From Elsinoe ampelina (Eukaryota), in assembly GCA_010093995.1 (NCBI GenBank), contig ML992509.1, positions 1,077,850-1,141,849 of the forward strand: a stretch of DNA of 64,000 nt, written 5' to 3'. A program made the translations under genes and the position numbers. The notes under the pieces were generated by a model. It had not been told where the DNA came from. It did no database searches and saw only the letters and a list, made by a program, of their open reading frames with translations. Positions 50,358-59,178 of this stretch are shown in pieces. Every line of letters starts with the position of its first letter. Position 1 is the stretch's first letter.

Positions 50358-50675
50358 TGCATGATTCAGTGTAGAGATCCCGTGTGTGACGCCCTATGTC
50401 GTCCTCGGGGTGTTCGGGGTGTTCGGGGCAGGAGTTGTGGGAGATGTAGAAGGTCAGGGTTGCTCTGTTGGTTAGCTTAAACGGATAAAGGAGCCATGTG
50501 CGTGCGATTCTGGACCTCGGGCTGTCCCCACCTTTCCCGAGGGCAACTTTTGCGACTCTGCTTGACATGCTCCATCAACAAGAGTCCGTCATTAAGAGAC
50601 TGGGCAGTGATTAGATATATGGATCATGACCAAGGTAGAAATCCCGGTAAGTCTCGTCACGTACAATTTCAAGTC

Positions 50676-52874
50676 ATGGCACCTTCATTGGAGGCACATT
50701 CGCCACCTACCACTCCTGATATTGCCCTTTCGAAACAGCTACTGAAGCCAAACTATCAGGATAGCAGCAACGATGAGATATCCTTTGACGCTCTCCCTTA
50801 CCGTTTCTCATTCAACCCGCAGAAATGTGCACTCCTCATCATCGACATGCAGAGGGACTTCCTCCTAACCGATGGATTCGGCCACATTCAAGCCGGCGAC
50901 GCTGGCGTTGATGCCGTACAACGGACCATCATGCCGACTTTAGAAGTGCTAAAAGCATTCAGAGCATCTGGCCTAAAAGTTGTCCACACACGCGAAGGAC
51001 ATCGTCCAGATTTGAGGAATTGCCCAACCACTAAGCTGGTGCGGCAGGCACGCACTCCTGGATCTCGCCACAACCTGGTCATAGGTGACAAAGGCCCAAT
51101 GGGGAGGCTTCTTACAAAGGGCGAATACGGCCACGACATCATCGATGAATTGCAGCCGTTGCCTGGAGAGGTCGTCATTGACAAGCCAGGGAAGGGCAGC
51201 TTCTTCGCAACAGATCTTCACCAGCAACTCGCGGATCGAGGAATCACCCACCTCATCGTTGCTGGTGTCACTGTCGAGTGTTGCGTGGCGACCACGGTTC
51301 GAGAGGCGAATGACAGAGGATTCGACGCATGCGTGCTCAGCGACTGCACGGATGGCTTCGTCCCTGACTTCAAGTCCTCATCACTGGATATGGTATGCTT
51401 CTCGGATGGCCTATTCGGCTTCGTGTCATCGTCACCGTCACTCAAGACCGCACTTGTAGACTATCGGAAGCGAAAGTCTCTCCCCCCTCAATGGAGTGGC
51501 GAGATGGACATTGAGTCCCTCCAGAAAGCTTATGCCGACGGACTCTCCCCATCATCAGTGATCAAGCAGGTGCTGGGCCGCATGAGGGAGGTACAAGCTG
51601 AGCATCCTAACATCTGGATCACCACAGTAGACGAACGAGACCTCTACAATCGGGCCTCATTCCTCGACCATCACACAGAGCGCAATCTGCCACTGTTCGG
51701 CGTCCCCTTTGCCGTGAAAGACAACATCGATGTTGCAGGCCTTCCCACCACGGCGGCATGCCCGAAGTTCAGCTACACCCCTACCGAAAATGCCGAGGTG
51801 ATCGAAAACCTGCTCGCTGCAGGCGCGATTTGCATCGGAAAGACCAATATGGACCAATTTGCCACTGGTCTAGTCGGCGTCCGATCTCCCTATGGTGCAT
51901 GCCACTCGAAGTTCTCAAACAACCATGTTTCTGGCGGCTCAAGTTCCGGTTCTGCTTTAGCCGTAGCACTTGGACTAGTATCTTTCTCTCTAGGCACCGA
52001 CACAGCTGGCAGTGGACGTGTACCAGCCGCTTTTAACAACATCGTCGGTCTCAAGCCCACCAAATTCACAGTATCAAACCAAGGCGTCGTACCAGCTTGC
52101 AAAACCCTCGACTGCGTCTCATTCTTCGCCACCACTGTAGAAGACGCCAGAACCGCATGGCTCAACGCAAAGCACAGCGCAAGCCTCGACTCCTTCACCA
52201 CCTCACCACTACGCCAGCTCCTCCCCACAAATCGCTCAATCCTCCCAGAAAGCGCATCCTACACCTTCGGCCTCCCACCGCAAAGCCTGATTTCGCAACA
52301 CCTCTGCCCATCATACCTCCCCCCCTTCGAAAAAGTCCGCTCATCCATGTCCCTCCTCCCCGGGGCCACCCCTGCACCCTTCGACTTCACCCCCTTCATG
52401 ACAGCAGCCAGCATGCTCTACCGCGGGGCCTATCTCGTCGAACGATCCGGCGCATTCCGCTCCTTCTTCACCGACCCTGTCAACTCGGACGCCGTCTTCC
52501 CCGCCGTGAAGACTGTTCTCGAAGCCGGGCTCAAAGTCACGGGCGTCGAAGCGCTGGACGACATGCACCTCACTGAGGAGCTGACAAAGCAGGTGTATGC
52601 TCAATTCGACACGTGTGATTTCCTCGTGGTGCCGACGGCGCCGAATCATCCCACGTTGAAGGAGTTGGAGGTGGAACCGGTGAAGAGTAACCTTGCGCTG
52701 GGGGTTTTTGCGAGCGCGGTGAATATTCTGGATCTTTGTGCGTTGGCTGTGCCGGCTGGTTGGGCGGAGGTTGGAGAGGTGAGGTTGCCGTTTGGGATTA
52801 CGCTTGTTGCGCCGGCTGGGAGGGAGGGGGTTTTGTTGGAGGTTGCTGGTAGGCTTGGTAAGGTCATGGGGTAG
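50676..52874 (+). CDS. Fusion of an isochorismatase-family cysteine hydrolase (triuret/biuret-hydrolase-like) and an amidase-signature allophanate hydrolase
   Basis: N-domain: IIDMQRDF, HTREGHRPDL, IGDKGPMGR, IDKPGKGSF, GVTVECCV..REANDRG. C-domain: GVPFAVKDNIDVAGLPTTAACP, GKTNMDQFATGLVGVRSPYG, GGSSSGSA, GTDTAGSGRVPA. Likely start MAPSLE at 50676; intronless. Confidence 0.9.
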   Translation: MAPSLEAHSPPTTPDIALSKQLLKPNYQDSSNDEISFDALPYRFSFNPQKCALLIIDMQRDFLLTDGFGHIQAGDAGVDAVQRTIMPTLEVLKAFRASGLKVVHTREGHRPDLRNCPTTKLVRQARTPGSRHNLVIGDKGPMGRLLTKGEYGHDIIDELQPLPGEVVIDKPGKGSFFATDLHQQLADRGITHLIVAGVTVECCVATTVREANDRGFDACVLSDCTDGFVPDFKSSSLDMVCFSDGLFGFVSSSPSLKTALVDYRKRKSLPPQWSGEMDIESLQKAYADGLSPSSVIKQVLGRMREVQAEHPNIWITTVDERDLYNRASFLDHHTERNLPLFGVPFAVKDNIDVAGLPTTAACPKFSYTPTENAEVIENLLAAGAICIGKTNMDQFATGLVGVRSPYGACHSKFSNNHVSGGSSSGSALAVALGLVSFSLGTDTAGSGRVPAAFNNIVGLKPTKFTVSNQGVVPACKTLDCVSFFATTVEDARTAWLNAKHSASLDSFTTSPLRQLLPTNRSILPESASYTFGLPPQSLISQHLCPSYLPPFEKVRSSMSLLPGATPAPFDFTPFMTAASMLYRGAYLVERSGAFRSFFTDPVNSDAVFPAVKTVLEAGLKVTGVEALDDMHLTEELTKQVYAQFDTCDFLVVPTAPNHPTLKELEVEPVKSNLALGVFASAVNILDLCALAVPAGWAEVGEVRLPFGITLVAPAGREGVLLEVAGRLGKVMG

Positions 52875-53600
52875 GGAGGTGGATGGTGAGGTCGTGGTGT
52901 ATATAGATGCAATGTTGATTGGGAGTATGGAGCCATTCACGTCTCTTATACATTAAGCGGTGGATACAAGTCGGTTTGCTCGTGCGCGGCCAGTTTGACT
53001 TACACTACCGTTGCCCCGAGGACTGCTAGCTGCAGTCAAGGAAGCTAGGATGGAGACGCGATATAGTGATGCCAGCATGAGGGAATGGTGCATGTTCCAA
53101 TCAATAAGTTACAGGACAGGGTAGAAATCATCCACCTTCATAGGGCAGCTCGGAAGCGGGAGATTTATTCATCGATACAGTGCTTCTTTACATATAATCC
53201 TAGGCAGCAGGACTGGCCATGTGCCAGTAGACGAGGAATGGTATATTAAGGGCCATGGCTTCGGATGATATGATCCGGGAACCCTCGGATGGTTCGACTA
53301 TATCCCACCATACGCGTATACCAAATGCAGATCCTTCTTTGAAATAGATTGCTCGGAGGAATTTCATCTACATGTGCTGGGGCTTTGCACAAGTTGTTGA
53401 AGAGCTCGTATACTTGATCAGGTCGATGAATGGAAAAGACTGCGGGTGAGAGCGAACTGTCGGGGAAATGGCTCAAAAATGGCTCAGATCAAAGTTGAGG
53501 GTCAAATTTGCCCTTGCCATCTACCTGCTCCAACCTGGAGCTTCTCCAACTTCAACTTTTTGTGCATCCACATCCGACGCGCTGCAGAAATCGAGACAGG

Positions 53601-54055
53601 ATGTCGTACACACCACGAATATTAAGCCGACTCGGCAATGGAGCACGACCAGTCCACATCACAATGCGAGCAATAGTGCGCCAAAGCCGTAGCAATGGCA
53701 CCTATCAACCTCCCACACCACCTCCCACAAAGGACAATCCTCACGTATGTCGTGCAACGCGAGCTCAACCCGAGCATGAACACAGACTGACCTCTCTCGA
53801 CAGCGAAATTTCTGGAACTCATTTGGACGGCCAATCGCAAAGGTCTTTCTCGGTGCCATGGTCACCTACCAGCTCGTCTACTTTACGTGGCTCAAACTCG
53901 AAGCTGTCGAGGAGAAGTTTGACAAGGATGGTCAGTCAAATCATTACAACGGATATCACGGCAGCTCACATCGCACAGCCGAGGTCAAGAGACTGGAAGC
54001 CCAATTGCATGGTCTGACCAAGGACAAGGATGCGTCAAAGGCTCAGAAGAAGTGA
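53601..54055 (+). CDS. Mitochondrial inner-membrane protein, Ina17-like
   Basis: Presequence-like N-terminus; intron ~53746-53803; HRNFWNSFGRPIAKVFLGAMVTYQLVYFTWLKLE followed by a coiled coil. Confidence 0.65.
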
Positions 54056-55436
54056 GGCACGACTTGCATATGAGGAGGTCCTGTCGATCCTACAACCTGT
54101 ACGCCGCTGCATTGAGCTACAGGGTCACAATTGCAATCGAGAAAAGGCTGTTTCAAGGGAGAGGACTATACCAGGATGTCTTGGATCTCGAGGTGGAGAC
54201 AAACAACAGCCCAGGTCATTCGTCAGAGTACCTCCTGCAGTAGCGTACGAGTTGGAAGCGACCACGAGCTCACCGGAATGATACGTCTCGCCCGGGTTTT
54301 GTCCGACTGCTCGAGATGCCTCGGCATGTCGACGGGCAAAATGCTTCTTTACAGGAAGCTTTCGGAACACTCACCATGATCGCCACTGTCTGGGATACAG
54401 ATGGCATCAAATCCATTGATCTCTGGGGAAATTGTGGATCACTTAGCCCTCCCTCTACCCCCCCATTTCATGCAGAAGCAGTGAGCGAGGGGTATGAACG
54501 CGGCACGGAGATATCCAGGAGGAATTCAGGCGCTTTGGGACCCAGTGCTCAGCCTTCCTGCGCGTACTTTGCACCCACTTCTGCATCTGTACGATGCGTG
54601 ATCAATGAGGTGGTAAGAAGCAACAGGTTTCGCCGAGTTTCTTTGCCTCAATGCTTGGACATCGTTGAGAGGTGGACAATCACACCGGAGACTCGGAATT
54701 GACCATGTGCGACATTGCCGTCCTGCGTGTGGATCTGGTCTGTTTATAGAGTAAGATCGTTGGGGCAGGTGGGTCGGGGCGCGGTAGGACAGTGGGCTGA
54801 TGGACGACGCTAGCAGGGGTACCTGCGCATCCGGAACAGGCCGATGATATTCTCCACTTCCCGCGGTCACATCCCACCCCTCCGATCCACTCGATAAACC
54901 CTACATGCATTGCAGACACACTCATGAATGGCAAATGGATCTGTCAAGAAACACGGCTCAGCCAGCTGCATGTCAGCCTTCACCCAGTAGTGGCGTTTCA
55001 AACCAACCAGTCTCGATCAACCAGACATGGGTCTGATCAAATCGATCCACCCACGCAGGACACGATCTGGCTGCTCGAACCCGCTTCTAAGGACGCTCAT
55101 AAGCAGAGACTACGTTAGTGCGGCTACAGATGGTGCTTGTTTCATCTGCATCCTGGACCATCACCTCCTATCAAGCTCTAGATCAACCACCAAGCTAGGT
55201 TTGGGCAGAGATGCATTGCGAGCATCTGTGCTATCCTTGTCTCCAACCGATGGTGCAGTGGCAAGTTGCATTCAGCTCCCTACCACTGCTCCTGATAACA
55301 CTAGCACCTCACATGGTGGCTTTCATAGCAATACTGCAGCTCAAGTATAAAAAACTCCATCTCCTCCCTCCCTCATTCCGATTCCAAACCCTCATCCCAA
55401 CAACCCCATTTACCACTTCCTCCTCAAAAGCACAAC

Positions 55437-56142
55437 ATGCACCTTCCTCCCCTCCTCCTCTCTCTCCTCCCCATCACCCTCGCCTCCCCCCTCCCCCTCC
55501 ACAAGCGCCAAACCTCCTACAACGGCGGCTCCACCGCCACCGACATCACCTCCGGCCTCTGCGCCCCCCTAACCGTCATCTTCGCCCGCGGCACCACCGA
55601 ACGCGCCACCCTCGGCACGGTAATCGGGCCCTCTCTCTTCTCCGCCCTCAAGAGCAAACTCGCCGGCAACGTCGCCCTCGAAGGCGTGACCTACCCCGCT
55701 TCCGCGGCCGGGAACGCGAATCTCGGCGCCGACGGCGGGCCGACGATGGCGCAGTTGGGGAACCAGGCGCTGGCCAAGTGTCCCGGCACGAAGGTGGTGT
55801 TGAGCGGGTATAGTCAGGGGGCGATGGTGGTGCATAACGCGGTGGGGAAGAGTGGGTTTGCGTCTGCGAGTGTGGCGGCGGTGGTGTTGTTTGGGGATCC
55901 TTGTGAGTCTTTTTCCCCTTCGGATGGAGGAGTCATGGGGGTGAGGCGTTGTGCTGACAGGGATAGTATTGAAGCAGTCTGTCGGCTCGGTGCCGGCGGC
56001 TAAGGTCAAGCAGTACTGTGCGACGGGCGATGGGGTGTGTCAGGGGGGTGGATTTGGGATCACGGCCGCCCATTTGTCTTATGGTAGTAGTGCGAGTGAT
56101 GCGGCGGATTTTATTATCAAGACTGCTGGGATTAGTGCTTGA
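55437..56142 (+). CDS. Secreted cutinase (CE5)
   Basis: Signal peptide; CAPLTVIFARGTTE, nucleophile GYSQG, VLFGDP, CATGDGVC, AHLSY; intron ~55903-55966. Confidence 0.93.
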
Positions 56143-56295
56143 GAAGGGGAGGGATGTTGAGGGTGAAGGGGCGGGCTATGGGCGGAGGAGGATGGAGAGG
56201 GGGATTTTCTGCGTAAGCGTGGTAGGATTATGCAATTGAATGATTTGGTCTTCTTACGCTACTGTCTGCGTGCTGATGGCCACGGCGTAAAGCCC

Positions 56296-58943
56296 TTACA
56301 CTCCTGTCCATGTGAACGATGTCGGCAAGGAAACCTCTTTCCTCAGTACTTCACTCTTCGGGTCCGCACTCCTGGCGATGATGACTTCAAACACACCCTT
56401 CTCGGCGGACCACTTGTCCTGTCTCTCATCCCAGAACGACAGAGCGTACTTGTCGAGCTCAATCTCCACGGTTTCCGTCTCTCCCGGTGCGAGATCGACC
56501 TTCTTGAAAGCCTTGAGCTCCTTGTGCGGCCGTATCACGCTGCTCTTCTTGTCCGAAACGTAGACCTGTACCGTCTCCTTGCCTTGCTTGTCACCCACGT
56601 TCTTCACGTCGACCTTGACCGTGACGACATGGTCCGCACCACCAGCCCATTCCTCTGGCACCACCAGATTGCTGTACTCGAACTGCGTGTACGACAACCC
56701 GTGGCCAAAGTAGAACAATGGCGGCCTATCCACTTTCTCATGGTACCTGTACCCAACAAACACACCCTCGCCATACAACAGATCCGAGTCCGCCTTCCCA
56801 AACGTCAAAAAAGCCGGCGTATCCTCCAACCTCTTCGGGAACGTCTGACTCAACCTCCCACTCGGATTCGCATCCCCAAACAAAACATCCACCAACGCCC
56901 TCCCCGTCTCCTGCCCACCAAACCAAGCATGCACCAACGCCCCCGCTCCCTCCAACCAAGGCATCGCAATCGGACTCCCCGCCTGCGTCACCACCACCGC
57001 ATTCGGGTTCGCCTCCACCACCCTCCGGATCAACTCGTCCGTCCTCCCCGGCAGGTCCAAATGCGTACGATCACTCCCCTCGTACTCCCAATCCTTCGTG
57101 AGACCAGTCAACACAACAGGCACCTCCACCTCCTTCGCCAACGCCACGGCGTCATCCATCGCCTTGTCCCCGTCCACGATCTCGTACCCGCCCAACCTCA
57201 CACCGGCAGTCGGCATCGCGCCCACCGCCTTCTCCACCCCTTCGTTCACCACCAGGATCTCGATCTCGTACCCTTTGCCTTCTTCGAGTTGCACGTCGGC
57301 AGTGACTTCGCTGCTCGCGGCGTTGAACATGGGCGTGTCCCCTGTTTTCTCAGGGTGGGAGGTCCAGAGATCGATGACCTCTTTGCCGTCGAAGGACAAT
57401 TTACCCTTGCCGATGACGCACAGCCCAATACGGAAGGCGCAGGTCTTTGGGGCGGTGAAGGTGGTGCGGATGCGGAGGAACCATTGCGGGGGGAGGTTGG
57501 CGGGGAGGGAGTCGGCGAGGAACATGTAGGTTTCTTGGGTGGTGACGGTGGCGATGGGTTGGGCGGAGGGGGAGGAGGTGGGGTTGGTGGGGAACCACTC
57601 CAGGATGAGGCCGGGGTCGGAAGTGGAGGGGATGGTGAGGCCGGTGGTGAGGAGGGGGGCGAAGCGGTGGGCTGGAGAGGTCAGGGTGGTTGGATGGGAA
57701 GGGGGGAGATGACTCACTGTAGCATCCGATTTGGAGCGGGACTTCGTGGCCAACTGCTTCGATGAAGGCATCGTAAGGTTTGCTGATATAGTAGGGATTG
57801 AGATCGGCACTTCCGCCGCCGCTTGCTGCTGGGAGTTGCCAATGAGGTCCGATCAGACCATACTTCTTCCCGGCTTTCTTGTCGAGAGGTAAGATGTTCT
57901 TGTCGTTCTTGAGCAGCACGATTGATTCGGTTGCCACCTGACGGACCAGTGCTTGACTCTCGGTATCGTTTCGTGGTAGATCAGCCGAGCCTGACATCGC
58001 AGGCTGAACCTTGTTGACAAATTCGAGCACGTTTCGGACGCAAGCATCGAGGGCTGCCATGGATACTTTTCGGCTGTTGACTGCCCAAGTAAGGATGTTC
58101 CCTCGCCACTTGGTCGGTCCCGGCATCTCCAGATCAAGACCCGCATTGATGGCTTCGGAAGTGCTGTAGGTACCACCCCAGTCACTCATCACCAAACCAT
58201 TCCAGCCCCAGTCCTTTCTAAGCACTTCATTCAGTAGATGTGGGTGCTCTGCCACATGAGTCCCGTTGATCTTGTTGTATGAAGTCATGTAGCCCCAAGG
58301 GTTCGACTTCTTCGCAGCGATATGGAAAGGCAGCAAATGCACTTCCCTCAATGCCCTCTCCGAGACCACAATATTATCCTCAATGGACCAAGCGGACTGA
58401 TCATGAGCGGCATAGTGCTTGATGATGGCGCCAACTTTGTGCTTCTGCATACCGTTGATCAGAGCAGCGGCGATATTACCACTCATCACTGGGTCTTCGC
58501 CGAAAGCTTCGAAACCACGGCCGATCAGGGGCGATCTCTGGATGCACACAGTAGGTCCAAGGAATGCTTGGATGTTACGGGCTCTGGCTTCTTTGCCGAG
58601 CAGATCACCCACTTGCTCCATGAGCTCGGTGTTGCATGTGGCGCCCATGCCAGTGGCGGATGGTAGCAGAGCTGCCGGCTCCTGTAACAAGATCTGAGCA
58701 TATTACATTTGAGATGTGGTCGTGCACATACACTGTTGAAGAAGCTAGTGCCTCGAAGTCCATGAGGGCCATCAGAAGTCTGTAAGGTCAGTCTGCGTGG
58801 TATTGCTCGGTAGTGATGATACCGACTGTGATGCTCGGTATGCCCAGTCGTTCAATTGCTGCGGTCCTCCACGTATCCACACCTGCGGTCAGCGCCACCT
58901 TCTCCTCGAGCGTGAGCTCCGTGAGCAGCTTATCGATATCCAT
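56296..58943 (-). CDS. Intracellular GH3 beta-glucosidase with PA14 and Fn3-like domains
   Basis: [21 protein letters not shown] (no signal peptide); [17 protein letters not shown]; nucleophile [40 protein letters not shown]; three introns. Confidence 0.93.
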
Positions 58944-59154
58944 GCCCTTGTTTGCTGTATCAACAATGGGTCGGTACCTACCTCTCAACGAGAGCGGTGG
59001 ACGTTCTTAAACGATTCACAGCGGTCGAGTGTGATTTGCCAACAAGTGGTGGTGGTCCACTTATAGGACCACGATAGCGACGATTACTGCATGGCATTCA
59101 TCCGGCGGGAGAGAGAAAGGCAGGCGGCTGAGACCTGACGGAAGGACTGCCTCC

Positions 59155-59178
59155 GATTGATTGATTGATTGATTGATT
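59155..59178 (+). repeat. (GATT)6 microsatellite, read as the LINE 3' tail
   Basis: gattgattgattgattgattgatt at the gene/transposon boundary. Confidence 0.9.

Noticed and set aside
50496..50675. N-terminal extension of the hydrolase from the track's GTG start
   Set aside because: Non-ATG start lying in the putative promoter; ATG 50676 fits better, although in-frame ATG 50619 cannot be excluded.
53250..53310. tRNA-like GGTTCGACT...CCA
   Set aside because: The T-stem closing G-C pair is missing and I could not build an acceptor stem or D-arm.
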